Origin: Macrostomum hystrix
Lineage: Eukaryota; Animalia; Platyhelminthes
Direction: 5' to 3'
Assembly (NCBI GenBank): GCA_950097015.1
Contig: CATNEN010000001.1
Location: 3,658,001-3,722,000, forward strand
Length of the DNA stretch: 64,000 nt
Every line of letters starts with the position of its first letter. Position 1 is the first letter of the stretch. The position numbers and the translations under genes are program-made. The notes beneath the pieces were generated by a model. It saw nothing but the letters and a program-made list of their open reading frames with translations, was not told the DNA's origin and searched no databases. Below, in pieces: positions 47,602 to 59,461 of the stretch.

Positions 47602-49197
47602 ATGACCCGCTTCGATGACATCCTGCCGGAGATCGGCGACCGTGGTCCCTACCAGCTGCTGCTCCTGATTACGCTGTCCTTCGTGAAGTTCTTTGCCGCT
47701 TTCCAGACGGTAGCCGTGGTGTTCACAGCCGGTCGGATGGACTTCCGGTGCGCTGACGAGTCCAACGGCTCCGTGTGGCTGCAGTCGGGAAACTGGACAG
47801 AAGCTGCTCAGGACCGCTGCTTCAGATCTGCGAACGGCAGCGAAGAGCCCTGCAGCTCCTGGCTGTTCAGCACTGACGGCAACTTCGAGTCCAGCTGGAG
47901 GTCGCAGTTCTCGTTGGTATGCAGCAAAGAGAAGCTCGTCAACCTGTGCAGCACCTTGTACATGCTGGGACTGCTGATCGGCAGCACGGCCTACGGCGCT
48001 CTCTCCGACCACTGGGGACGCCTCCGAGCCGCCTGCGCCGCCGTCGTCAACGTGTGGCTGGCCGGAGTCGCGCTGGCCTTCAGCCCGTCCCTGGAGGTGT
48101 ACGCCGCGCTGCGCTTCCTGAGCGGCCTCGGAGCCAGCGGCATTCTCAGCGTCTGCAACGCCATGGTCGCCGAGTCCGTCACGCAACGCTACCGCATGGC
48201 CGCCATTCTCGTCGGCACCAACGGCTGGAACGTCGCACTCTGCGTCTGCAGCATCGTTGCCTACGCCATCCGAGTCCACTGGAAGCTGGAACTCACCCTC
48301 GCCGCTCCCGCCATCGCGTGCATTCCGCTGCTCATCCTGCTGGGCGAGTCGCCTCGTTGGCTGCTCGCCAAGAACCGCCCGGACGACGCCTACCGCGTTT
48401 GTCGTCGCATCGCTCGCGTCAACTGTCGCCAGCCACCTGCCTACTTCGGCGAGGACGTGCGTCGCGTCTGCGAGACTCTCGTTGCGCAGCAGGGCAGCCA
48501 CCCGAACGCGGGTCTCGTCGACCTGCTGCGATCGCCCACAATGCGAATGCCCACCCTGCTGCTGTGGAACAACTTTTTTGCCTCCTCCATGGTCTACTAC
48601 GGCCTCATCCTGTCCACCGGCACCCTCTCCGGGAACATCTACCTCACCTTCCTGCTGGGCAGCGCGGTCGGCGTACCAGCCTCCGTCTTCTCCATCGTCA
48701 CTGCACACCTCATCGGCCGGCCGCTTCTGTTTAGTCTGTTGTACTTTCTGTCCGCCGCCTGCATGTTCGCCATCGCCTTCTTGCTGGACAAGCCCGAGTG
48801 GGCCACACTGGTCGTCGGCTTGGCCATCACGGGACGGTTTTTTACCACTTCCTCCCTTGACACCAGCTGGGCCTACTCAGGCGAGCTCTTCCCGACTCTC
48901 GTGAGGAACGTCGGCATGGGCAGCTCCTCCACGGCAGCTCGCGTTGGTGGAATCTTGGCGCCCCTCATCAACATCCTCGGCGAAGTGTGGAAGCCGCTGC
49001 CGTTTGTCATCTTTGCATCAGTCAGCCTTGTGACTTCCCTGCTGGTGCTGCTGCTGCCGGAGACAAAGGGTGCCCACCTGCCAGAGTCGCTGAGAGACGC
49101 CGACAAAGAGTACACCAAGCCCAAGATCTATCGGATGCTACAGCGAAGTCCGGCGCCAACAATTCCTAGTGGCTTTCCAATGGTCGAAAAAATATGA
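47602..49197 (+). CDS. SLC22 family organic cation/anion transporter (MFS), intronless, copy A
   Basis: FDDILPEIGDRGPYQ, large Cys loop ending FSLVC, LSDHWGR, ESPRWLL, ELFPTLVRNVGMG and LPETKG; about 12 TM segments. Confidence 0.96.
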   Translation: MTRFDDILPEIGDRGPYQLLLLITLSFVKFFAAFQTVAVVFTAGRMDFRCADESNGSVWLQSGNWTEAAQDRCFRSANGSEEPCSSWLFSTDGNFESSWRSQFSLVCSKEKLVNLCSTLYMLGLLIGSTAYGALSDHWGRLRAACAAVVNVWLAGVALAFSPSLEVYAALRFLSGLGASGILSVCNAMVAESVTQRYRMAAILVGTNGWNVALCVCSIVAYAIRVHWKLELTLAAPAIACIPLLILLGESPRWLLAKNRPDDAYRVCRRIARVNCRQPPAYFGEDVRRVCETLVAQQGSHPNAGLVDLLRSPTMRMPTLLLWNNFFASSMVYYGLILSTGTLSGNIYLTFLLGSAVGVPASVFSIVTAHLIGRPLLFSLLYFLSAACMFAIAFLLDKPEWATLVVGLAITGRFFTTSSLDTSWAYSGELFPTLVRNVGMGSSSTAARVGGILAPLINILGEVWKPLPFVIFASVSLVTSLLVLLLPETKGAHLPESLRDADKEYTKPKIYRMLQRSPAPTIPSGFPMVEKI

Positions 49198-49637
49198 GCG
49201 ATTTGCAATAAGCTAAATGGTTGTTGCTGCTTAAAACTGAGAGGATAATTACCCCTTGTTAGAATTTAGTCAAATACAAATACCTTGCTTGATGAAGTCA
49301 TTTGCATGTCCTAAAATCAGCTCTTTTTAAATCTTATTAGCAGGCTTGCTAATTTCAACTCGACCCGATTCAGTAATTCCTACTTCATTTAATAAGGCTT
49401 GTAGATTCCTATACATTTCAAGAGCAATTCGTTGCTAATAAAGACTATTTTAATAAAATAGTATTTTATGGTAACACTTTAAGCGAGCTAAATTATATTT
49501 ACTCACGCACTAGTCTTGTGATTCGTTAGGAAAATTTTCTGTATCATGGCTTGAATTGGTTTTAAAAATTCGAATAATGCGATTTTTTGCGGCGATCCAG
49601 AATAAATATAATAAACGGCAGACAGATATCAGTGTGA

Positions 49638-49957
49638 TTTTTGTTATGTCAGAAAGACACCGATGTGTTTTGTTATGTCAGAAAGACACCGGTGTGTTTT
49701 GTTATGTCAGAAAGACACCGGTGTGTTTTGTTATGTCAGAAAGACACCGGTGTGTTTTGTTATGTCAGAAAGACACCGGTGTGTTTTGTTATGTCAGAAA
49801 GACACCGGTGTGTTTTGTTATGTCAGAAAGACACCGGTGTGTTTTGTTATGTCAGAAAGACACCGATGTGTTTTGTTATTTCAGAAAGACACCGATGTGT
49901 TTTGTTATGTCAGAAAGACACCGGTGTTTTTGTTATGTCAGAAAGACACCGATGTGT
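49638..49957. repeat. 29-bp minisatellite (TTTTGTTATGTCAGAAAGACACCGGTGTG)n
   Basis: About 11 tandem units between the two SLC22 copies. Confidence 0.95.
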
Positions 49958-50653
49958 TGCGGTAGGACAGAATAACACCGGTGGTTGCACAGAATATGTG
50001 AGCACAATGACACTGTTTTGTCTCGTTAGGGCAGAAACACAGGGTTTGTTTGATACTTCTATAAATTTTTCGTTGAAAAAAAAACATCGCACGGTTTTGT
50101 GGTCATCGTAAAAAGAGAAAATCGTATAAAACAAAGACTGTCATTTGTATTTTTATGGTTGACGTCAAAGCAATTATTTAAAGCGGCGCGGCCACTAGGC
50201 AACAAGTTATTATTTTCTAAAGAAGCAAAGCCGTATACCTTATTGGTTTTACCAGTAAACGCAAAATTACTGTTGATGACTATTTTGTATTGATTATGCT
50301 GTTAATTATTATACCACTGAACCAATATAGATTTACCATTGAGTCACCAGGGTGACAACAGTCGCTAAATCTATCGCTGAAGCTGACGTCGGACGGCTCT
50401 GAACGTTAGTTAATCGTAAAGGGTGGAAACTATTGATCCAAATGAACCGAATGGTGGGCTTCTTTGGAAATCGATGATTCGGGAGCAATCGCAAGTTAGG
50501 CGTGGATATTAAAAATATTCCCGTCTTCTCTTCTATTACTGTTTAGTAATCGCTGAAGTATTTTATTGTAACATGTTAGCTACATCAAGCACACTTCGTG
50601 AGACATTTCGAGTAAAACATTGCATTCATTTAGAAACGGTTATAATCTCCTTG

Positions 50654-52204
50654 TCAAGCTCGCTGCAGGATCCGGTAGATCTTGGGCTTGGTGTACTCTT
50701 TGTCGGCGTCTCTCAGCGACTCTGGCAGGTGCGCACCCTTTGTCTCCGGCAGCAGCAGCACCAGCAGGGAAGTCACAAGGCTGACTGATGCAAAGATGAC
50801 AAACGGCAGCGGCTTCCACACTTCGCCGAGGATGTTGATGAGGGGCGCCAAGATTCCACCAACGCGAGCTGCCGTGGAGGAGCTGCCCATGCCGACGTTC
50901 CTCACGAGAGTCGGGAAGAGCTCGCCTGAGTAGGCCCAGCTGGTGTCAAGGGAGGAAGTGGTAAAAAACCGTCCCGTGATGGCCAAGCCGACGACCAGTG
51001 TGGCCCACTCGGGCTTGTCCAGCAAGAAGGCGATGGCGAACATGCAGGCGGCGGACAGAAAGTACAACAGACTAAACAGAAGCGGCCGGCCGATGAGGTG
51101 TGCAGTGACGATGGAGAAGACGGAGGCTGGTACGCCGACCGCGCTGCCCAGCAGGAAGGTGAGGTAGATGTTCCCGGAGAGGGTGCCGGTGGACAGGATG
51201 AGGCCGTAGTAGACCATGGAGGAGGCAAAAAAGTTGTTCCACAGCAGCAGGGTGGGCATTCGCATTGTGGGCGATCGCAGCAGGTCGACGAGACCCGCGT
51301 TCGGGTGGCTGCCCTGCTGCGCAACGAGAGTCTCGCAGACGCGACGCACGTCCTCGCCGAAGTAGGCAGGTGGCTGGCGACAGTTGACGCGAGCGATGCG
51401 ACGACAAACGCGGTAGGCGTCGTCCGGGCGGTTCTTGGCGAGCAGCCAACGAGGCGACTCGCCCAGCAGGATGAGCAGCGGAATGCACGCGATGGCGGGA
51501 GCGGCGAGGGTGAGTTCCAGCTTCCAGTGGACTCGGATGGCGTAGGCAACTACGCTGCAGACGCAGAGTGCGACGTTCCAGCCGTTGGTGCCGACGAGAA
51601 CGGCGGCCATGCGGTAGCGTTGCGTGACGGACTCAGCGACCATGGCGTTGCAGACGCTGAGAATGCCGCTGGCTCCGAGGCCGCTCAGGAAGCGCAGCGC
51701 GGCGTACACCTCCAGGGACGGGCTGAAGGCCAGCGCGACTCCGGCCAGCCACACGTTGACGACGGCGGCGCAGGCGGCTCGGAGGCGTCCCCAGTGGTCG
51801 GAGAGAGCGCCGTAGGCCGTGCTGCCGATCAGCAGTCCCAGCATGTACAAGGTGCTGCACAGGTTGACGAGCTTCTCTTTGCTGCATACCAACGAGAACT
51901 GCGACCTCCAGCTGGACTCGAAGTTGCCGTCAGTGCTGAACAGCCAGGAGCTGCAGGGCTCTTGGCTCCCGTTCGCAGATCTGAAGCAGCGGTCCTGAGC
52001 AGCTTCTGTCCAGTTTCCCGACTGCAGCCACACGGAGCCGTTGGACTCGTCAGCGCACCGGAAGTCCATCCGACCGGCTGTGAACACCACGGCTACCGTC
52101 TGGAAAGCGGCAAAGAACTTCACGAAGGACAGCGTAATCAGGAGCAGCAGCTGGTAGGGACCACGGTCGCCGATCTCCGGCAGGATGTCATCGAAGCGGG
52201 TCAT
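50654..52204 (-). CDS. SLC22 family transporter, intronless, copy B (inverted near-identical paralog)
   Basis: Same protein as copy A apart from about 4 substitutions and a shorter C-terminus. Confidence 0.96.
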   Translation of the reverse strand: MTRFDDILPEIGDRGPYQLLLLITLSFVKFFAAFQTVAVVFTAGRMDFRCADESNGSVWLQSGNWTEAAQDRCFRSANGSQEPCSSWLFSTDGNFESSWRSQFSLVCSKEKLVNLCSTLYMLGLLIGSTAYGALSDHWGRLRAACAAVVNVWLAGVALAFSPSLEVYAALRFLSGLGASGILSVCNAMVAESVTQRYRMAAVLVGTNGWNVALCVCSVVAYAIRVHWKLELTLAAPAIACIPLLILLGESPRWLLAKNRPDDAYRVCRRIARVNCRQPPAYFGEDVRRVCETLVAQQGSHPNAGLVDLLRSPTMRMPTLLLWNNFFASSMVYYGLILSTGTLSGNIYLTFLLGSAVGVPASVFSIVTAHLIGRPLLFSLLYFLSAACMFAIAFLLDKPEWATLVVGLAITGRFFTTSSLDTSWAYSGELFPTLVRNVGMGSSSTAARVGGILAPLINILGEVWKPLPFVIFASVSLVTSLLVLLLPETKGAHLPESLRDADKEYTKPKIYRILQRA

Positions 52205-53473
52205 TGTTAGGCCACCCGAGTGTCTCTGCAGCAGCTGAGAACAATTGTCTTATAAAATGCCGGAGAGCTTTAAATGTGAACTGTGTATCGCGGCTTGCGG
52301 TTAATTTAGCTATCGAGAATTTTTCCTCGGACATTAGGACAATTTTTTCAAATACAAGCTATTTATTTTCTTTTGATACGCTCACTGTTTTTTTTGACAA
52401 TGCGATAGTGAAACTTATCAGTGTGCAATACATTGGAGCTCTGTTGTGCTGCTGACCTCGATTATTCTTATCGATTTCTCGGCTTGAAATTGCTCTCACC
52501 GACTAGTACACTTGTTATCTGCCTAGTGAGCACAATGACCACTGATTTGATGACTGATAAGTACTGACATGCTTTAAAAAGTTAATACGTACGTTATAAT
52601 TAACACAGAGTTTTATTACGACCGCAGCTTTACTTCCCCCATTCAAAGTAATATTTTTAACACAGAAGAGCCAGATTATAAAGTTAAGAGACTATTAAAT
52701 GACTAGCATAAACTATGTTTTACACTACGGGGGTCAGCGCTCCCTTTAAGGCCTGTCCCGTATCTTATTTCTTCCTTGTCTCATCTCTCCAATGTCTGAT
52801 CTCCCCCGTGTCTCATCTCTTCCCTTTCCTATCTCTATTATCATTCGTCTGTTTTTAACGAAGGACAACTCAAAGGACAGGACACTACAAATCATATAGC
52901 GTCATTTGGCGTACGAATTGCTGAAGCAGCGTGCTAGAGAAGTAGCGCTTTCAGTTTATTTTAGCCATTGTGTCCTTTTCTTTTAATTTTAGTGAAAAAA
53001 GAAAATGATATCTCGGTACTCGTATTAAGGTTTTTTATTTCGATCAAGCTAAAGCTGAAAAAATGTGCAACAAAAAAACAATTTCCTGGTTGATCAGATA
53101 AGCAATAACTAAGGAGCTAAATAACTCTAGCTAGAGACTTCTAAAAGCAGAAACAAAAACTGTCTAATCACAGCAAACCTCACACTAAAATTTCAGACAC
53201 GAATGACAACACACACTTGTTGAAACCTGTTTTTTTCGATTTATTAGACTTTGGTGCGCATACAAGTGGCAGGAAATTTGAAGAAACTCTGTTTCGTGGT
53301 GCCTCATAGTCAATTTTCGATTAAATCTCGTTGGCTGAAACGACGTTTTCAAAATTACTTTGTCTTTTCTAGACATCATCTGAGTTGGGTTTTTGAGACT
53401 TTTAAACTTGTAAACTATTGGTTTTCTGTGAATCGTTGAATAACAGTTATAACAGTTAGGATAGTTAGGATAG

Positions 53474-53956
53474 TCATTGTCGGAGTGACAAATTCAGTGG
53501 CTCAGCTGACAGTCCGATCGTCATCGGGCCAATGTTCCTGCTAGCTCGATTTCCATTCGCAGCGTTGGTCGCCATTGAATTCATAGCCAGAAAACTGGAC
53601 AGGTGATTGTTAAAGTCCCTGCCGCCGGCGGTGTTATGGAAACTCCCAGGCGTCGGCCACTGAAACTGCGGTGGCGCTGGCGGAGGCGGCGGTGGTGGCG
53701 GCGGCGGCAGCAGCGGTAGAGGCTGCGTCGTCGGAAGCAGTCCCCAACCGAAGCTCGGGGGCAGAAATGTTCCCCCAGGAGAAGCCAAGCTACCAAACAG
53801 TGGGCCCATGGACTGTTCCATCATTTGGGCCATGCGATGGTGATACTGCTGCTGCTGTGAATGGCTGGTGCCTGTGTATCCACCATCTCGAACCATAGAA
53901 CTCCAGTTGAAAGGTCGATCCTCAAATGGAGCTAAGTACGGCTGCTGTTGACTTAG

Positions 53957-53996
<40 letters not shown>

Positions 53997-55847
53997 AAAG
54001 TCTAAAAATTTTTAACTTTTTTTTCAATAGGGCGAGTGACTAGTATTTTTAATAGCCGATTCTTCAATGTAGGCTGAAGTTTACGTACAACGAATTGCTG
54101 CTGCTGCTGCTGCTGTCGCGGGCTGCTCGAGTTGGTTCCACTTCCGCTGCCTCCGCCACTGATGTTGGCATAATCAGAGCGCAGTCCGTCGCTGTTTGAC
54201 GAGGATCCGGCGACGCCTCTCTCGGCGCTGGCATCGGCGCTGGCGGCTGCGGCTGCGGCCGCGTGCAGCATTCGATTCGCAGCGGCCATCGGACAACCGG
54301 ATTGGCTGAGCGGCGATTGAAATGAATGAGGACGGGGCGGCAGGGGGACAGGGGCAGAGCACACATGAGTTGCTCAAATAAAAACATCACCTATTGTTAC
54401 ATGGCTACTGACTTAATCAAGTATTTACCCATTAACAGTAGAGAGACCACTGTGTTATTTCAAATACTCAAATTTTTATTCTGTGTGAGAATATTCAACC
54501 AATCGCCATTAAAATCCAGAACACAGGCTAAAATTTTCCGCTCTATTCGATGAAACAAGTTTCATAATAGCAAAGCATCGGCATTGCCGGAAAATGTTGA
54601 TCCATTTGGTGGAATATCACGGTCATCGGTCTTTCGGTTTGGGGGCTATCGGGAAGTAGGCAGTGAGTATTTGAAATATCCCCGTGGTCTTTCCTCAGGG
54701 GAAAAATAGCGTTGTCTTTCTACTGTTAACAGTAGGACTACCAGGCCATTTTGCAGCCCGTTTTTATACCAAGGAGGGGGGAAATTCCCCCCTGACAATT
54801 TTTTTGGCAGCGCCTGAATGCTAACAGCGTTGGGTGGTGACTGATTGGTTGACAGACTAGGCGAGGGTGTCCTGTGGTTGAGCTGCGCCTAATATTTTGG
54901 CTTGAGCATTGAAATTTGAGAAATTCGCGTCAGGGTGTCCATAGTACTCGTAGCTTAGTTCCACCTGTTGTAGCCCTTGAAGGTCCAGCAGTCTGTCTAG
55001 ATAAAGGTAGGTGACCACCGAAGACGGAGATGATGCGGGCACACTCGGGTGACATGCTGATAAATTTTGAAGGCCTGGCAAGGCCGCACTGAGGCGCAGT
55101 GCAAATTCGTGTATAGGGGTGTATGAAATACAATAGCTCTTATGGGAAAAATCGGACCTTCGGCCAGAAACATTGAATATCTCGACGGTCTGAAGAGCTG
55201 GCGACTTGTTTCTTGTTTCAGAAGATGCGCAACAAAAAGTTGGCCCGTGTTCTTGAGTTTTGTGTGCTTGAATTGTTCCGTACGGGTGCAGCAAAAAAAT
55301 TGTCGGGGGGGGGAATTCCCCCCTTGGTAGTTCTACTGTTAATAGAAGACTGCAATTAATAATGATATTCTCTCTCTAATAGACAAATAGAATCGGATTC
55401 TCACCTTCGATGCGTCAATCTTGTTCCATTCGTGTGTCCCTGACCGTTGCAGCCAAGAGTTGGACAGCGCAGTACGTTGGACTGTATGCAAAGCACTGCA
55501 TTGTTGATTGGGAAGCGATGCTGCTTTCACTGATCCCGTGAGAGTGTTTCATAAGCAACAGTGAAGTATTACTCACTCTGAGAAGTTTTCTTGTCCTTTC
55601 TAGGACAGCCGCTCAGACTCCGATGGTGAGCATAGTGTCCGGTGACGTGCCCGGAGCCGTCGCAGCCAGGATTCGGACAGTGGCTCGTCAGCTGATACGG
55701 CTGCTGAAGGAACTGGCTGTAGTGCAGCAGCTGCTGCTGCTGCTGATAATCATGGACGTTCCATTGGTTCACAGCCTCCATCGTTGCCGCATCAGTCTCT
55801 GCTCTGAAAGAAGCGTTCGGCGCCGACGGGCCAGTCAGCGTTGTCAT
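53474..55847 (-). CDS. MYT1/ST18-family C2HC zinc-finger transcription factor (two fingers)
   Basis: Exons 55847-55577, 55495-55405, 54305-54089 and 54001-53474 splice in frame. Finger 1 is [26 protein letters not shown]. Finger 2, [26 protein letters not shown], is split by an intron and absent from the ORF track. C-terminal PLNLS. Start codon uncertain. Confidence 0.88.
54730..55338. mobile_element. MITE in the intron that splits zinc finger 2
   Basis: Termini CAGTAGGACTACC / GGTAGTTCTACTG. Long subterminal inverted repeats at ~54768-54806 and 55292-55328. TTAA on both flanks. Confidence 0.75.
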
Positions 55848-56657
55848 GGCAACTGCCGGCCACTCAAAGGAGCTGCTGAATGCGAGTCGAGGGGAGGCGT
55901 ATCTGGACGCGCACTTTTGTTCCCACAGTTTTCGGTCGAATATTTTCAAGATGGAAAGTTTTAGAAAAGAACTGACGACACCTGAGATTGTAAACTCACC
56001 GGTTTGAAGTCTCTCTCACTTAGCCTTCGCAATGATTTCATTCGATCATGTCCAAAAAGCCTGTAAAAACAATCTTGATATTGCGACCAAATTTCTCACC
56101 TGTGTTCTCAAATCGGAGAGGGAGAGAGACGACAATCTCAGGCCATCGATTGATTGCAGATTGAGAAGGAGAAATCGCTCTTGACGACCGTTTAAACTCG
56201 TACAAATAAAGGTGAAAACAGACTCAACTTACACTTTAGCAGCCGGTTCTAGAACTTTATAATTTTTCATGAGCAGAGCTGTTATGAGACTTGGATGGTC
56301 ACCTGAACGCCTCGAAGCGAGTCAACTTTTATACTAAAAATTCCTCATCCGTTCGCCCGTTTAGCGCTGTCGTTTCCTGATTGGATCGGCAAAAGGTAAT
56401 CAGCCACATCCGTGAGCACTGCTCACCTGAGACACCGCGCCTCAGTTTATGAAAGAAAAATCTTTCAAAGACAAAAAAGTCGATGTCAATAATCCCTAGG
56501 AGAAAGAAGGCATTTTCCGCTTTTGGTGACGACAATTAGCCTGGCTAAGTGTCGGTGAATTTTTGTCGATGTATATTCTTCTCCCATCTCCAATCAGCAA
56601 CTTGTTGGCCAGCTGCTATCCCCGTAATCATTTAAAGTCCTGACACTTCTCCTATCT

Positions 56658-58212
56658 ATGTTATCCCTGTTATCCCTGTTATCCCTGTTATCCCTGTTAT
56701 CCCCGTTATTCCTGTCATCACTGGTCACTCTGTTATCCCTGTTATCCCTTTTATCCCTTTTATCCCTGTTATCCCTGTTATCCCTGTTATCCCTGTTATC
56801 CCTGTTATCCCTGTTATCCCCGTTATTCCTGTCATCACTGGTCACTCTGTTATCCCTGTTATCCCTTTTATCCCTTTTATCCCTGTTATCCCTGTTATCC
56901 CTGTTATCCCCGTTATTCCTGTCATCACTGGTCACTCTGCTATCCCTGTTATCCCTTTTATCCCTTTTATCCCTGCCATCCCTGTTATCCCTGTTATCTC
57001 TGTTATCCCTGTTATCCCTGCTATCCCTGTTATCCCTATTATCCCTGTTATCCCTGTTATCCCTGTTATCCCTGTTATCCCTGCTATCCCTGTTATCCCT
57101 GTTATCTCTGTTATCCCTGTTATCCCTGCTATCCCTTTTATCCCTTTTATCCCTGTTATCCCTGTTATCCCTGTTATCCCTGTTATCCCTGCTATCCCTG
57201 TTATCCCTGTTATCTCTGTTATCCCTGTTATCCCTGCTATCCCTGTTATCCCTATTATCCCTATTATCCCTGTAATATATATTATACCTGTTATCCCCTT
57301 TATTCCTGTCATCACTGGTCACTCTGTTATCCCTGTTATCACTCTTATCCCTGTTATCCCTGTTATCCCTGTTATCCCTGTTATCTCTGTTATCCCTGTT
57401 ATCCCTGTTATCCCTGTTATCCCTGTTATCCCTGTTATCCCTGTTAATCCCTATTATCCCTATTATCCCTGTAATATATATTATACCTGTTATCCCTATT
57501 ATCCTTGTAATATATTTTACACTTGTTATCCCCGTTATTCCTGTCATCACTGTTCACTCTGTTATCCCTGTTATCCCTGTTATCCCTGTTATCCCTGTTA
57601 TCTCTGTTATCCCTGTTATCCCTGCTATCCCTGTTATCCCTATTATCCCTATTATCCCTGTAATATATATTATACCTGTTATCCCCTTTATTCCTGTCAT
57701 CACTGGTCACTCTGTTATCCCTGTTATCACTCTTATCCCTGTTATCCCTGTTATCCCTGTTATCCCTGTTATCCCTGTTATCCCTGTTATCCCTGTTATC
57801 CCTGTTATCCCTGTTATCCCTGTTATCCCTGTTATCCCTGTTAATCCCTATTATCCCTATTATCCCTGTAATATATATTATACCTGTTATCCCCTTTATT
57901 CCTGTCATCACTGGTCACTCTGTTATCCCTGTTATCACTCTTATCCCTGTTATCCCTGTTATCCCTGCTATCCCTGTTATCCCTGTTATCCCTGTTATCC
58001 CTGTTATCCCTGTTAATCCCTACTATCCCTATTATCCCTGTAATATATATTATACCTGTTATCCCTATTATCCTAGTAATATATTTTACACTTGTTATCC
58101 CCGTTATTCCTGTCATCACTGTTCACTCTGTTATCCCTGTTATCCCTGTTATCCCTGTTATCCCTGTTATCCCTGTTATCCCTGTTATCCCTGTTATCCC
58201 CGTTATCTCTGT
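56658..58212. repeat. 9-bp satellite (TTATCCCTG)n with higher-order blocks
   Basis: Recurring longer variants TTCCTGTCATCACTGGTCACTCTG and TAATATATATTATACC. Confidence 0.96.
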
Positions 58213-58830
58213 TTTTGACGAGGCGACATCGAAAACACACAAACTTTTCTTTAAGCTTGAAACTCAAAGGACTAAAATTGGATGAAATAACAAATCCCTT
58301 TTTTTCAATTGGCTTGCGACGAAATTGGAGGCATAGTTACTTCAAAAGAAAATTTCCTTTTCCTCTTTAATAGTGAAAAGCAAAAATTGCAAAATTGGTG
58401 GGGCAAACGTAATCGCGGCGACTTCTCACACCTGTCTCCTAGCTAGCCGGACTCAACTACTCAGAAAATCTTTTAAAATCCTTTGATCCCAACTCCCTCT
58501 ATAGAAATCCCACATCTTTTACATCGAACCGGACAAACAATCACACCTTTTTTCCGCATCTGAATTCGACGAGCAATAATCACCGCAGTTTTCGTCCTTC
58601 TACTGAAAAGAAAATTATCTTTTTTTGTCCCGCAACAAAATGTGCCGCTGACCAATTACAGGTGCTAATCGGCAAAAAAACAGAATTCGAATGTAGGCCT
58701 TTGTAAGCAGTCAGCGAGGAGACGGTTCTGTTCATTTCGCTGATTCCTGAGCAGCCAAGCCTTCTATCTCTCTGCGTCTGAGCTCAAAATAAGTGAGGGA
58801 CCTTGTTGCGAACAAGGTCTACCAGATTTG

Positions 58831-59165
58831 AAGTCCGGTGGTTGAGTGGCAGAGCGGTTCGCGCGTTTGCATTTCGTGCCAAGGTCCCTGAGCTCGATTC
58901 CGCGGCGAGGCCACATTCATTTCGGGCGCAATTTACGCCTTTGAGGGCCAACCTCCAAGGCGCAGTGGCAGTGTACACTTCCTGTGGATGAGAAAGTCAG
59001 GGCAGATGTACACACCTGTGTGAGCGTATGCCTGCGTACAGTATCTTTGTGCTGTGTGCTCAGGAGTCAGCGAAATGGGCAGAATTGCCTCCTCACTGGC
59101 TGCGGGTCTAGTGTCACCAAATGATGTACCATTGCCCGCAGCCCTTCGGCAAATATTTTTATTAA
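58831..59165 (+). mobile_element. tRNA-derived SINE family A, near full length
   Basis: Pol III A/B-box-like head, body shared with three other copies in the window, AT-rich tail. Confidence 0.8.
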
Positions 59166-59271
59166 ATTGAACTCCTATTACTAGTGGTCCTTGGCTGCGA
59201 AAGTACGAATGTGTAGAGAAATAGAAGCTTTTTTGAGGACGTTTGTCGCCCATCCCAGTTATCTCTGCGAG

Positions 59272-59461
59272 GTTGTAGCCCCGCAATAAGAGCGTCGGAC
59301 TCAAGAATTGAAGGTCGGAAGTTCGATTCCCGATTCCATTAGAAAAAAATGTTTCCTTGAGGGTGGGTGTGCCGTCCCTCCAGTCCATGGACTGAACAGC
59401 CGTACACAGCCTTCAGACGCGCCGCGCAATAGCAGCGACTGTGCTGTCGGCTGCACATCTG
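59272..59461 (+). mobile_element. tRNA-derived SINE family B (internally deleted)
   Basis: B box GTTCGATTCC. The 3' part is the reverse complement of 61436-61538. Confidence 0.7.

Noticed and set aside
47590-52210. Long antisense and alternate-frame ORFs over both SLC22 genes
   Set aside because: Explained by GC-rich codon usage of the real CDS; duplicated only because the CDS is duplicated.
54857-55330. ORFs inside the MYT1-like intron
   Set aside because: They lie within a MITE and show no recognisable domain.
56594-58370. RDN-repeat and LSL-repeat ORFs
   Set aside because: Translations of a 9-bp satellite that lacks stops in some frames.
58831-58915. tRNA gene
   Set aside because: A/B-box-like motifs only; no full cloverleaf, and it continues into a repeated SINE body.
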